Shown: positions 1 through 14,061 of the stretch, one piece after another
Layout of the letters: every line of letters begins with the position of its first letter
Numbering within the stretch: the stretch's first letter is position 1
Source: Eledone cirrhosa
Lineage: Eukaryota
Direction of reading: 5' to 3'
Assembly (NCBI GenBank): GCA_964016885.1
Contig: OZ024746.1
Span: 67,456,001-67,520,000 of the forward strand
Length of the DNA stretch: 64,000 bases
Notes under the pieces: generated by a model
The model's database searches: none
Told to the model about the DNA's origin: nothing
Seen by the model: the letters and a program-made list of their open reading frames with translations, nothing else
Made by a program: the position numbers and the translations under genes

Positions 1-3000
1 CCAACAAAACATACAAAACTTCGTGCTCGTCAGGAGGGCCAACAAGGAACTGATGGCCCTCGTAGCACGAAGTGAAAATATACAAAAAGAGAGGGACATT
101 TTTAAATCGAGCACATTTCGCGTGCCGGAAGATTTGGTTCTGGTGCGAATGTCGATCGATATATTCAAAGAAATACGAGACAGCTTTCCTCGGGACGTGG
201 GAACCCCAAACGTAAAACCCACTTCAAGACTTTTAAAGGGGTTCCCAAAAGAAACCCACCAAATATGGAGGTCGAACAACCCGACCTTCACAAGAGCCCG
301 GAAGGTAAGTAAACTTTCGGCTCTCTCTTTTTAACCTGCCAACATGGCCGTAATAAGAGTAGAATGTTTAAATGTTCAAGGCCTGGGATCGTCATCGAAG
401 CAGGGTCACCTGCTCAACGACCTCAAGTCTATAGAAATGGATGTAATTGCCGTCAGCGAGACCAGCATTTCCAACACGCGCGCACTAGCCCCCATTTTCG
501 ACGACTATCAGATCTTTGCATCTGTTAGCCGGCCCGGAATGGGAGGCTGGAAGCTGGTGGTCCTAGACGTGAACAATAACGACGGTGGTGCCTTTAGACT
601 GGTGGCCGTCCATGCTCCTACTGGGTCAGGACGGCCGGACTTCTTTAGACGCCTGGAAGCCTTTCTGGGTACGTCTCACCCTTTAATGTTAGCGGGGGAC
701 TGGAACGGCATCTTAGACGCACGCGGGGACTGTGTGGGAGTATCCGATAGGAGCAAGTGGTGCAAAAGCCTCAAGAACGTGATCAGCCAGTTCCAACTGT
801 CTGACAGGTACCGACGAGATTTCCCTAATGCGCCAGTGTGGACCTGGGCTAACCGCATAGGGTCATCTAGATCGTATATAGACAGGATATTCATTAGGAA
901 AATAGACAGAATAGTGTAAGCTGTCCACGTTTGAAACGGTCGCCTATTTAGATCACAAGTTTGTGATCTGTATGGTCGACCTAGATAAGACGCGTAGGTT
1001 AGGACCTGGTTACTGGAAGCTAAACATGTCATTTCCGGCACGTAAGGCTTACAGGGACCAGGTCAACAATTTAGTTAAGAAAAAGTTGACAGGGGGTGTC
1101 GTCAACAATAGATGGTGGGGGGCTCTCAAAAGAGAGATTAGAGTAATGTCGATAGAGGTTAGCAAAGAAGTAGCATTAGAGAAAAATAGAAAGGAGGGGG
1201 AGTTGATAGATAAGTTAGACGAGGCTATTGGTAGTGGCATTGCAACTGACGTGCTCGCGGCGAGAATGGCATTAGACCATTTCTTCAATGCGAAACACGA
1301 AGGTTGCATTGTCAGAGCTAAGGCGCGTGCTCTGAGAAACGAGGGAACCAAATCTGTTCAATGGGCACGCGTGCCAGAGGCGCAGGGTGGTAATAAAACC
1401 ACGATTCGGTCTTTGACGGACCAAGACGGGCACGAGCTGAACGATTCCAAGAGGATGTGTGAGGCCTTTTGCCAACATTTTGCTCAGTTGTTCAGGTGAA
1501 GTGGCGGGTCAGAGATGGTAGCGGACTTCAGTCCCTACCTCGATGGCTTGCCGCAACTCTCAACAGCTGACGCTGGGCGCTGCGAAAGGCCAATTACTTC
1601 AGCCGAGATTCAGGATGCTCTTGTCGGCTGCATGAGGCACAAGTCACCCGGTTTGGATGGTCTGCCCTACGAGCTTTACGTAAATATGCCAGACTTGTTC
1701 TCCAATCTCCTCGAAGCCCTCTACCGCAACTGGCAGCAAAACGGGAGTATTCCCAGATCTGTGAGCCGGGGCGTAGTGACGGTGATAAGGAAAGACGAGA
1801 ACAAGAGGGACACATTAGACAATTTCAGGCCCATAACTCTGCTCAACACAGAGTTTAAGATTTTGGCCAAGGTGTTAGGGAAGAGGTTGGCACTTGTCGT
1901 CGGGGATTTGGTTGGGGAGGCGCAAACTTGCGCAATCCCAACCAGCTCCATACACGACAACCTCCACCTAACGCGTACATCGCGTCCGTCATCTACTACC
2001 GTCTGGCTGTCGTCCCTTGCCCTTGTTCGCTCCTCGCCATCTTGGAGCGGTTCCTCTTCAAATTCTTGTGGAGGGGTCAGGTTCCGTTGGTGGGGCGGTC
2101 CATCTGCTGCCAGCACCCTCTACGTGGAGGGCTGGGCATGCCGTGGCTAATGATGCGCAGGCACGCGCTGAGGCTGCGGCATCTCCAGATATTCTGCCTA
2201 AACGGTGAACAGGTGTGGTCGCTGTTTATCAGACAGGCCTTTCTTTGACTGAGGTGCAGTCCTGGGTCAAGAAGAGACCGAGACTGGGTAACTGGCATCT
2301 GGAATGTTGCCAGTCACTCACTGCCCTCTACCAGGCGGGCAATGCGGTCATTGGAACTTCCACTCTCGAGTTCTATAGAGGATTAGTGGTGGGCAAGTGC
2401 GACGACGCACTCGGAGAGGCTCTGGGAGTTACGAAGTCGAACTAACCAGTCTGTACCGGAGGACTTTCGAGCCGGAGACGATGGATAATTTCTAAAAATC
2501 CCTCGCGTGGCAGTGCTACCGGGGGGCACTGCCGGTTCGAGATAAACTCTACAGGCACGGAAGTGCTGTCAGACGTACCTGCCCGAGATGCGCGCAGAGC
2601 GTCGAAACCGTTCTGCACGCACTCGTCCAGTGTCCATTACTGACATATGGAGTTATGTTAAACACCTGTTGTCGCGTGTAGAACGGATCCGGCTATCGGC
2701 CGAGTCCATAGCTAAGATCGACCCGCCGCCTTTTTGGGGCCAGGAAGGGCAGGCAATTTTCCTCTGTCTGGTGGCAGTAGCGAAAGAGGTTGTATGGTGG
2801 ACGAGGTTGAAAGGACTGAAGACAGACACTTTTCTCTTCGGCCAATCCCTCATCAACTTTTTCAAGTTTCACTTGGAAAGGAAGGTGAGGGTGGAGAGAG
2901 AAGTGCTGCTCCCCAGTACATTTGCTGAAAGGTGGGTGAATGTGGCGAGAATGGCCCGTGTGAGTGGGCCTACTCTGGTCATGAGGCTGTAGGTAGGTAA

Positions 3001-3270
3001 ATTTGAGGAGGAGAAGGGTGCCCTTCCAGGGAGCTCTCGAAGCGTCGGGTCGTTCAGGAGTGGTGGGGTACCTGAGCGAACCCTGGGTGGTCATCCCCCC
3101 TATTGCTGAATTTTTTCTTGTTGTAATGTTCTTGTTACTTTATTGTTACTTTGTTATTGTTACTTTGTTATTGTTATTCATATTGTTTACTCGATTTTTC
3201 TGTAAAACCCCACTGTCCGAGTCTTTTGTATTGTCCCCTATATGTCGGCCCTTGTGGCCAATAAATGAAA

Positions 3271-3319
<49 letters not shown>

Positions 3320-3335
3320 CATTACTATCATTATT
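1..3335 (+). mobile_element. Decayed Tx1/L1-clade non-LTR retrotransposon (possible ORF1 end, broken ORF2, 3' UTR, AATAAA, (ATT)n tail)
   Basis: ORF fragments give an APE domain (CLNVQGL, VSET, AGDWN, IDRIF; 344-919), GPGYWKLN, an RT N-terminus (KSPGLDGLP, NFRPITLLN) and a zf-RVT-like region (LPVRDKL...CPRC, ~2530-2600). AATAAA at 3260-3265 is followed by (ATT)n. Stops, frameshifts and an internal deletion at ~1975 remove the YADD core. Confidence 0.9.
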
Positions 3336-3529
3336 AGAAGCAGTAGTAGATGTTGTTGTTGGTGTTGTATTTTTCTGTATCTATTTCTCTAAGGAATGTC
3401 CAATTTTATAAACTGATTATGAGCAAAAGCAACTTTATGAATTTTAATTTTCCCCGACGACTAACTATGTTGTAGTGTACAAATATTGTGACACCTGCCT
3501 ACACTATAGAAAACAATGTTGCGTACGCC

Positions 3530-3965
<436 letters not shown>

Positions 3966-5749
3966 TGTCAGTATGTATTATTAGTGGATTCTATTTCTTT
4001 CAATTCAACTCTATCGATAGTACCCCAAAAAATCATTCTTTGGCGGTAACATCTAAAAATCTACAGAAGATCGTTTCCCAGAAATCCACCATGCCTGTCC
4101 ACTCATTTACATTTTAACCTGTATTTCCTGTATATATTACACTTAACTTTTATCCTGATTTTATTTCGTTACTACTTGATAAACATATATTCTTTAGTTT
4201 CTGTGGTCATCTAGTGCAGCTACTTTAATGTATTTCATAATACAAAAGAAAGAGCTCTCCATATGTAAACGTAAATACAAATGTGTATATTCAATATATG
4301 GCTTTAGATGAACTTCATGGAAATAGTAATTTAATAGACTGCTCTGTTAATATCAAACTATGTCTTCCTATACATGTCTTCCTATACAGGAATGCATCTC
4401 TAATTTAGTTAGCTTTTAAACGTTGTAGTCACGGTGTGACAGAAAACAAACAAGTATTATCGTAGGTTTACTGATTCCATAAATAATATTAATTCTTTAT
4501 TTCTATAACATCGAAGGCCCCCTTCTATTCCTCATAAGACATTTATTCAAGTAAATATATATGAACAGTAAGGAAGACAAACGTTACAGGGCCTCATTCA
4601 GAAATATCTGAAATAAACAGCCAAAGAATCATTTATATATATAAATGATTCTTTGGATCTTCCTTCTTAAATTTAGCATGTTTACCATTTGATGTTCTTT
4701 TAATCTACTTTTTAGATGTAGAATGATACTTTTTAATTGACATTATGAAAGATATCCTCTTTACGGTAGTTCTTCGAAATGCACTCTCGACTTATCTAAT
4801 AATTAATAATATGTTTTTTCCTCTTCAAACTTTCCACACATCTTTCGACGTAAATAATATGTAATTGAAAATTCTCAACCTTGAGAAACATATAATATAA
4901 AATACCTTATAATCTCACACAGAATAATATATAATTTTCTCTACATACTTTCTAAATAAATCATTCATCAAATTTAATGGTTAGCAAATAATATTGGAGT
5001 TATCTTTTCCTTTACAATTGAGCAAACATAGACATGATAACTTGTATGATAAATTATATAATTTCGCTAAATTAACAAGGTTCTGAAAACATTTTCAATG
5101 TTGTAATAAAATATCTGAATCTACAAATTGTTCTTCTCTTACAACTTCAACTACGTCTTTTTCTTAAATATGTATCTTAAATATTTATGTAAAATCTTAA
5201 ATCAACATCCTTCGTCACTCATATTAGAAATGTAAACAATTAATACGTGTGGTTTATTTCTATAAAATCACCAATAATACTTATACTTGCACGATTATTA
5301 ATCTATATAGATATTTATAAACTTACAACCTGTTGCAATGTAATAAGATAAAATGTACTTACAACCATAATACTTCATTTAATCTAATTGATTATATATG
5401 TAATATTATAACTCATAATATAGCTAAATAATTTTTAAAATACTGGAATCGTATTCCACCGTTCCTACAAACTGTTAATTCACGTAAATACAAGCTTTTC
5501 TTTCTTTCTCTTTCTTCCTACACGTACATACATATATCCTAATAATTATATAAATCTACCTAGCGTCTAAAAATAACGTTTTTTTCAGCCCTATACCTCA
5601 ACCTCATTTGCATACACATCTTAATAATTTGAAATATTTGACTTTTCTTCTCTTTCCCTTGTTTCCTTTTACTATCCAGGAAAAACTTGAACCGTTAAGA
5701 TCTTCTTCCTGGATATGTCAATATTTATAAAACAAACTTTGCATTTCAT

Positions 5750-5790
5750 CTGATGAGGGCGTACCAAAGTTGTGTTACCCTTGAAATATA
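5750..5790 (+). ncRNA. Degenerate hammerhead-like motif at the end of an AT-rich, possibly Penelope-derived region
   Basis: CTGATGA-GGG...CCC-TT-GAAA, but stem I does not pair. Confidence 0.3.
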
Positions 5791-5849
5791 TATAACAGAA
5801 TAAATATGGTTTTATAAATTTAGTTTCCATTTATTTAATATCATTGATA

Positions 5850-5904
<55 letters not shown>

Positions 5905-5914
5905 ATATATAAAT

Positions 5915-6250
5915 TGGCACTTTCATCAGTTTCGACGACTCTTCCAGTTGATTCCATCAGTAGAACAGCCTGCTAGTGAAATTAACGTGCAATTGGCTGA
6001 GCATTCCACAGACACGTGTACCCTTAACGTAGTTCTCAAGGAGATTCAGTGTGACACAGAAAATGACAAGGCTGTCCCTTCAAACTACAGCTATAACGAA
6101 TTGTTAGCAGCTAGAATTATTAGTCAACTGAAGGAATGTGGAGGAATGTGAAATAAAATATCTTGCTCAAAGACACAATGCGCCGCCGGGAATCGAACTG
6201 ACGATCTTATGATCGTGAGCCGTCGAATACCCTAACCACTAAGTCACCTG
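5915..6250 (-). mobile_element. tRNA-derived SINE with CORE-like middle
   Basis: Reverse complement has an A-box-like CTTAGTGG, a B-box GTTCGATTCC and TGTGTCTTTGAGCAAGATA. Related to 30845-30965. Confidence 0.7.
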
Positions 6251-6361
6251 CCCCAGCATGGCCTCAGCATACCGACTGGAACACATAATGTAATATAATA
6301 TAATATGATATAATATATATGCAATCATATATGCATATAAGTTTAAGCTCTCACACACTCG

Positions 6362-6486
<125 letters not shown>

Positions 6487-7209
6487 ATGAGTATATTGTA
6501 TTTATATATATATATATATATATATATGCTCTACGTTTCCTCAAATGGAATCCCGTTGTATCTATATGCGGTTTAGCCACATCAAATTTTCACACGCAAA
6601 GACATGTTTGTGTATGTGTACATCATTGTGTATTTGCCCGTTTACATGTGATTGTATGCCTATCCTTGTATACGTGTGTTGTTTTATTGCAATTAGTATG
6701 GAGAAACTAATTTAAGATAAGACAACGCGAATATTACGTTTAGGGTAGATCATTTAGAAATTTAACGGAGAACATTGAAAAGCACGTGAGCAAGATAACA
6801 TCTAAATCGTTGTTCCTTAAAGCATTCTCCTTACATCATCAGTATGATACTTGAGGGAGCTTATCTTCTCTTCGAATCTAAGAGGAGCCGATGCACATAA
6901 CTTGCTGACAAAATTCGGTTTGACAATACACAAGCGCTTGTAGCATTCATTTGATTATATCATTTGTAGCTAAATACAACTTAATAAACTTCTATAAAAG
7001 GGTTAACTTGCAAGAGAATGTTAGGAAATCCTCCGTCGGTCTCGAAGATTAGCATTCAATTGTTCAACCAACCGAGCTCCCACTCGGAATATTAACTGAC
7101 TGAGTATCTCATAGACACGTGTATGGCTAACGTGATTCTTGGATTGGGTCCGATAGACAGAATGTGACAAGGCTCTAACATTGGTTAGACACACGTGGAT
7201 TATTATAAT

Positions 7210-7500
7210 TCCATTCGTGATAGCAAGTTTTAATGTCATGTTTGTCAAAAATCCTGCAAGCCACGTGGATGATTGAAGCGACACTTGAATATTCTCAATG
7301 AACAAACAGAAAACGGAGACAACGCCCAAACGAGATTTTGGTACGGGATTTGTAGTAGCTCCATGGGCTTGGTTCAAAATTCTAATTACTTTGTTAAAAA
7401 CAGAACGCACACATTATTTGCCGTATTTGTTGTCCATATTATTAACATTTAGAATAATTAATATCGCCGTATAACACCCTGGGAAGTGGGAAGGGAATAA
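7210..7500 (+). pseudogene. Highly decayed LINE APE-endonuclease fragment
   Basis: Patchy translation FVIASFNV...GTGFVV resembles an APE N-terminus. Confidence 0.35.
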
Positions 7501-8075
7501 GGGCAGTGGGTGACCGCGGGAATATCCTTTGAAATGGACAGTATTCTTCGTGATGAAAATGTTCAAAACACTAATTTATACAATATAATAGAGAAAACAC
7601 GGTAGTCAGCCCTCCCCGTAATCGGGTTTCATAGACTTACGTACAGCTAAGCAATATTTTGTTGAAATCGATCAATTTTGAATGTCAAATAATCATATGA
7701 ACTTATACAAACTTAGAATGGGTTCTAATTCAAGGAAAGTTTTATATCAAGAAAACGTTCTATCTATTTATTCTTTACGTTGGCATATAGCTGGAAGTTT
7801 GTAAAGAAGTTGGTAGTCAATTTAATCAGGCATAATTCCTGTTTCATGGATCACGTATGCACTGAGGACAAAAACAAATAATTTCAATCCCCCAAGGAAT
7901 AAAAATAAAAATTATGTAAGGTATTTCGTCCGAATCGGAAAGATAATAATTTTGCATCAACTTTTCTCCGACGAAAAAATTGTGGAGACAAATATTACTC
8001 TAATTGTAGAAGTAAAGTTACTGCATGGTTCGATATGTCTAAAACGTATTTACCAAATCAAATTTACATATGTAC

Positions 8076-8144
<69 letters not shown>

Positions 8145-8794
8145 TGAGTGGGTGTATGTGTGTATATGTGTGTAGTATGTTTGTGTGTGTTTATGTAGGT
8201 GCGTGTGCATGTGTGTGTGTAGAATGTGTGTGTGTGTGTGTGTGTGGTTGTGTATGTATATATATGGGTGTATGTGTGTGTATGTACGTGTGTGTGCATG
8301 TGTACATGTGTGTGTGTATAGTATGTATGCGAGTGTGTGTGTGTACGTAACGGAAATGGACTAAAAGATTGCGCATAAAAATTTAGTTTCAGAGAGAAAC
8401 TGCAGCAATTTTTATTGACCATCCATATTTAAATATTTTGATTCCCAGTACAGAGTAGGGAAGAACAATTCTGAAGAAATGGTAGACATTCATCCCTTCT
8501 TTTTTCTCTTTTTCTTTCCTATTTTCCAATTTTGATTTAATTCAAGACTAGAGAAGCATATAATCTATAATCTGAAACACATATTGAACCTTTTACTTGT
8601 CTCAAAGCAATTGCAGGCAGTATATACTTTGATGAGAGCAAATATATAATAGAAAATTCTTATTCGTTACTTCGGTTCCTTAACTTATATTTCCAGACCG
8701 GTCACCCGGGAGCCATTTAAGTTTATCTCCAATAAATACTCAATTATATAGATTATACAACACTATAATATCGATGTTAACGTAAACAAACAGT

Positions 8795-8926
<132 letters not shown>

Positions 8927-9083
8927 GGCTGTGCGAGTGATTTTAAGCATTGTCTCCGTGTGTTGGTATTTAAACGATAGTTATAGCTCTGGTTTATCCA
9001 AACTATTGAGCCCTTTGCCACGCATCTCGAAGATTGTGTTTCGTTATTTCGTGGGTCGAAATTCCGATTCTCGATAATTTATT

Positions 9084-9119
<36 letters not shown>

Positions 9120-9121
<2 letters not shown>

Positions 9122-9312
9122 GGTTCACCCCCTCTTGGGGAATTTATTTTGTTATGTTTATACATATTTAATTTATATTTTTCATTGTTAAATTGGTTTT
9201 GCTATTGTACACTTTTACTCGAGCTTATTGTAACCCCCACCGTTCGTGTCTTTGTATTGTGCCCTATAAGTCAGCCCTCATGGCCAATAAATGAAATCAT
9301 GTCTATTATTAT
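9120..9312 (+). mobile_element. 3'-UTR-only copy of the Tx1-like LINE family
   Basis: Similar to 3095-3280, including TTGTATTGT-CCCTATA...TGGCCAATAAATGAAATCAT and an ATT tail. Confidence 0.8.
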
Positions 9313-9432
9313 TGAGTTCAAATCTCGCCGAGGTTAACTTTGCCTTTCATCCTTACGGGGTAGATAAAATAAAGTACCAGTAATACACTGGTGTTATTAG
9401 CTGGCCTTGTGCCAAAAGTAGAAACAATTATT
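9313..9432 (+). mobile_element. SINE family A, 5'-truncated
   Basis: GAGTTCAAAT B-box, TTTGCCTTTCATCCTTACGGGG core and GGCCTTGTGCC...AGAAACAATTATT end. Confidence 0.85.
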
Positions 9433-9596
9433 AGTGTTGTTATTTTTATTTTCTTTCAGTATTGTTTCTGAGATATATGCCGAGTGTCTTCCTGACACCT
9501 AGGGCAAATAAATTCACAGATTGCATTGGTAAGCCAGTTAATACAGCACATTGATTATAATTAAAAAGAAAAAAAAAAAAAATTATTATCATCGTT

Positions 9597-11048
9597 ATCT
9601 CTCGTCCCTCTTGTACGTATTGTCTCTCGAACCATTACTGCACAAACTGGAGACGTTGAGGGGGGTCCCGCGCCAACTAGAATGCGGAATATCCGTGTCA
9701 GCATATGCGGACGATGTCACAGTAGTGGTGTCGAACGCCAAACACATCGAGGCGATCGGCACTACACTAAGAGAATACGAAACGGTGATAGGAGCAATGA
9801 TCTACCAGGAAAAGTCGGTGGGCCTGCAGCTCGGCACCTGGAGAGGCTGGTCCATGCCGTCCAACGGCATCTTCGGGCGCTGGACGGACGGACCGGTTAA
9901 ATTGCTAGGGGTCTGGTTCGGTCCGGACCTCCAGACGAACAAAAGCTGGGACAAGGTGACGAGCAGGGTGGCTTCTCTCACCCAGAAATGGGCGGAGAGG
10001 AAGCTATCCCTGAAAGGTTGAGCGGAGGTGGCTAACGCAGTCCTGGGTCAAACGAAGACCGAGAGGGAGCGCTTGGAGACTGGAATGTTTTCAGGCGCTC
10101 ACAGCTCTCGACCAATCGGGCAATGTGATCGGTGGAAACTCCACCTTGGCGTTCTATAGAGGATTAGTGGAGGGGAAGAGCGACGACGTACTTGGGGAAA
10201 CTCTATGCGTCGACGAAAATCAACTAGCCAATCTCTTCGGAAGAACTTTCGAGCCGGGTCCTATGAACAACTTCCAGAAATCCCTGGCCTGGCAGTGCTA
10301 CCGAGGAGCTTTGCCAGTTCGGGATAAACTCTACAGGCATGGAGGTGCCGTCAGCCGTGCATGTCCGAGATGCGCGCAGGGCGACGAAACCGTCCTGCAT
10401 GCACTCGTCCAGTATCCGAGCATTGCTGACTTGTGGGTTTATGTCGAACACCTGCTGTCGCGTGTAGAACGGATCCGACTATCAGCTGAGTCCATCGTGA
10501 GGATTTCCCCACCCTCTCCCTTTAGAGGGGAAGGACAGGAAGTTTTTATCTGTCTGGTGGCCATGGCGAAAGGGATAGTATAGTGGACGCGTCTGAAAGG
10601 GCTGAAGACGAGAACTTACCTCTTCGGTGATGACCTGATTAACTTTTTACAATTTCATTTGAAAAGGAAAATCAGGGTAGAGAGGGAGGTGCTCTCTTCC
10701 CAGCTTTTTCTTGAAAGATGGGTGAGAGAGGCAAGAATGGCCCAAGTGAATGGACCTACTCTGAGTATATGCCTGTAAATTGAAGGTGGAAAACTGGGAG
10801 AGGACTTGCCCTGGTGGTCAGGGTCACACTGGCTTTTTAATGGGCTTTCTCCACGAATGTCCCTCGGAGGTCTCCCCCGTATTGGGGAATTTTTCATTGT
10901 TATTTTTTTTTGTTACATCCTCTGTTTTTGTGTTTTACACGCAGAAATGCCCATTTGTACCGTTCTGTATTGTCCTGTACTGTCCTTAATGTGTACTTTA
11001 TGTAAACCCTTGTGGTTAATAAAGAAAGCATTATTATTATTATTATTA
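9597..11048 (+). mobile_element. Second 5'-truncated Tx1/L1-like LINE (RT core, zf-RVT, 3' UTR, ATT tail)
   Basis: LYVLSLEPLL...SAYADDVT...KLLGVWFG, then LPVRDKL...CPRC homologous to 2260-2990. AATAAA and (ATT)n at the end; internal deletion at ~10038. Confidence 0.9.
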
Positions 11049-11368
11049 TAGGGTCGGACGCCATGCTTTCCAGCATAGTTACGTCCCTTTACGATCTGAG
11101 TTCAAATCCCGCCGAGGTTAACTTTGCCTTTCATCCTTACGGGGTCGATAAAATAAAGTACCAGTAATGCACTGGGTAATTGCTGGCCTTGTGCCTAAAG
11201 TAGAAACAATTATTATTATTAGAGTTCAAATGCCGCTGAGATTATCATTGCCTTTCATCCTTACGGGGTCGATAATATAAAGTACCAGTCACGCAGTGGG
11301 GTCGATTTTAATCGACTTTCTCTTCTCCACAATTGCTGGCCTTGTGCCTATATAAGAAACAATTATTA
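11049..11368 (+). mobile_element. Two tandem SINE family A copies
   Basis: Two consecutive core+tail units, 11049-11220 and 11221-11368. Confidence 0.9.
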
Positions 11369-11489
11369 TAGAAATGATTTCTACGGGACTAAAACTGTTT
11401 GATTCCTTACAAATAAACAAGAATAGTATTTCAAAAGTATAAAACAGTTCTGGTCCTTTTCAAGTCATTTCTGTAAGAAATATAACTTT

Positions 11490-11720
11490 GGTAACTTTGA
11501 TGGGTCTTCCCAGTTTTGGCCCACGCCATGTCTTACTTAATAGCATCTCCTGGCGAAGTTTTTCAAATCATGATTTGGACACCGTGGCCCACTCAAATGG
11601 AGAGTTTTGTTTTCGGAGACATATCCGGGTCTAGGAGGTTTATCTGGAATTTCTTGAAGGAATTTGTACAAAGATATTTTGAATTTTATTGGATCTGTTT
11701 CTATTTGTATGTGTTGCATA
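11490..11720 (-). pseudogene. 3' end of a CR1-like LINE
   Basis: Translation FKISLYKFLQEIPDKPPRPGY resembles the CR1-type C-terminal FKxxLDKFLxxIPDxP motif. Confidence 0.55.
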
Positions 11721-12002
11721 ATGAATGAAAGCGGAGATATATGCTTTCACTAGAGACAGTTATAGAACTCAATCTGTTAATCGAAATCAGGGTATAATGA
11801 ATAAAATTCGATTTTTATTCTTTAAACATCTTTGAATATGGAATAAAATCGAAACAATCCTCACAATCTATAGCATAATGAAACAATGTTATGAAGACCA
11901 GTTTAGTTTGGCATCAAAACAGAAAAGCGAAGATTCATAAATGTAGAATTTCGAGCAACTGAAATTAGAGCTATTAACATTTCTCAACATTACATACACA
12001 AC

Positions 12003-12224
12003 GAGGGCGGTGGATTGGCAGTATCAGTAGAGGGTCGGACGCCATGCTTTGCAACATAGAGTTACGGCCCTTTATGATCTAAGTTCAAATCAAATCCCGC
12101 CGAGGTTAACTTTGCCTTTCATCCTTACGGGGTCGATGAAATAAAGTAGCAGTCACGCACTGGAGTCGATTTAATCGACTTTCCCCTTCCACAAAATTAC
12201 TGGACTTGTGCCTATATAAGAAAC
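12003..12224 (+). mobile_element. Full-length SINE family A with TSD
   Basis: Head GGGCGGTGGATTGGCAG, B-box and core present. Flanked by CAAC(A/T)TTACATACACAAC at 11985-12002 and 12225-12242. Confidence 0.9.
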
Positions 12225-12327
12225 CAACTTTACATACACAACATCACTTGGTTTTACAGACACTCCCCCACCCATATCCACACATACAAACTCACATATA
12301 TAGATGTGTGTGCATGTGTAATTTATA

Positions 12328-12512
12328 TCAGGTCACTACTCGTAACATGTAGGCCTCTAGAGCTTGTCATATGTTCGGGTCGCCGGAGACTAAACCGGCA
12401 ACCCCACCAAGCCTGTTGGTGAGGCAGACGAACATTGGACATCTAGTGGGATGAAGAACAAAACCCATCAAATTGAAGAGGAACTCACGAGAGACAAGTG
12501 CCATCCCATAAA
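12328..12512 (+). mobile_element. 5' module of an RTE-related element (homologous to 28475 and 29099)
   Basis: Shares GACTAAACCGGCAACCCCACCAAG...TTGGTGAGG...AACAAAACC...GCCATCC. Confidence 0.7.
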
Positions 12513-12653
12513 GTGTACATACTTATGTGTTTTATGTAGATATATATATGAGGTATGTAGATCTATATATTTAGACAGAGAGAGAAAAATAAACAGCGAA
12601 GTAGTTTCACATGTTAAAGTCCTTTATTGATAAGGCTGTGATACATATTTCGA

Positions 12654-12910
12654 TGACGACATTGGCCACGCGATTCCACCAAACCAGTGCTATGATGTCA
12701 TGAGACAGCTTCTTACATAATAATGGTACGTTCTCGAGACTATCCAAGTAAAAACGATTAAGGGAACGGGCGAAGGCTTCAAGAACATCATCTTGTCTGT
12801 TCCCTTGTCGTTTTAATTTGGATTGCCTCGAGAACGTACCCTTATTATGTAAGAAGCTGTCTGATGAGATCATGGCACTTGTTAGGTGGAATCGCGTGGC
12901 TACTGTCATA
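12654..12910. mobile_element. Palindromic MITE-like element (~115-bp imperfect arms)
   Basis: GCCACGCGATTCCACC...AAGGGAAC pairs with GTTCCCTT...GGTGGAATCGCGTGGC around a short loop. Confidence 0.75.
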
Positions 12911-12981
<71 letters not shown>

Positions 12982-12991
12982 TCTCTCTCTA

Positions 12992-13029
<38 letters not shown>

Positions 13030-13094
13030 AGGGCGGTGCCCCAGCATGGCCTCAGCTGGATGGTTGGAATGGAACAGGTAAAAGAGTGAAAGAG

Positions 13095-13153
<59 letters not shown>

Positions 13154-13154
<1 letters not shown>

Positions 13155-14001
13155 GAGGTGTGTCAGAAAAGTTCCAGGACTGATGTCACAAAAGATTTAT
13201 TTCAAACCCAAACTTCACACTAAGAGTTTTCTCCTTCAAAGTAATCCCCCTGAAGTCTAATACACTTTTCCATCCTTTTCTGCCACGCTTGCATGCAATC
13301 CTGGAAGGATTCTTCCGGGATCCTCCGCAGTTCCGTCGTCACGGCCTTTTTGATGTCGTCCACGACTTCAAAACGGGTCTCCTCCGGGTCGTACTCGAAG
13401 ATCCATGACGCATCAAAATCCCTAGCAAGTCTGGTTTGGTTTCAAGATACTCTAGGATGTCCTGGCACACTTGCATGCGTCGACCCTTCTGGTCATCGTT
13501 CAGCAGTGTTGGCACCATCTTTGCGCAGACTTTCCGCATGTGAGAATCTTCCAGACGCTGTCCCGGTTCATGCCCATCTCATTTGCCACCAGTCGAAAAG
13601 TCAGCGCCATCTGCCTGACGCGCTCAACGTTGACCTCAGTCCTGGTTGTTGAGGGCCTTCCGCTCCTGGGGTCATTTTGCACCACTCAAAAACACGTGAG
13701 CGTGACATCGTCTCATCTCCATACACATGCTGCAGCAATCCCAGTGCTTCTGACGGAGTTATCCCCAACCGTACCAGAAACTTCAAGTTTGTTCGTTGCT
13801 CTGTGCTCATTGCTTGACGACCTGAAACAGAGGACATGTATATAAAATTATGAAGAAAAAGGTTTGATCGCTGCAGAGAGCTAAGATTACAGTTAAATGC
13901 TCCAGGGGTATTACTTTGAAGGAGAAAACTCTTAGTGTGAAGTTTGGGTTTGAAATAAATCCTTTGTGACATCAGTCCTGGAACTTTTCTGACACACCTC
14001 G
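13154..14001 (-). mobile_element. Internally deleted mariner transposon with 102-bp TIRs, TA-flanked, inside (TA)n
   Basis: TIRs 13154-13255 and 13900-14001 (~3 mismatches). Broken transposase 13810->13220: MSTEQRTNLKF...VYGDETMSRSRVFEW, DPRSGRP, RKVCAKMVP, C-terminus GDYFEG. Most of the DD34D core is deleted. Confidence 0.93.
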
Positions 14002-14061
<60 letters not shown>

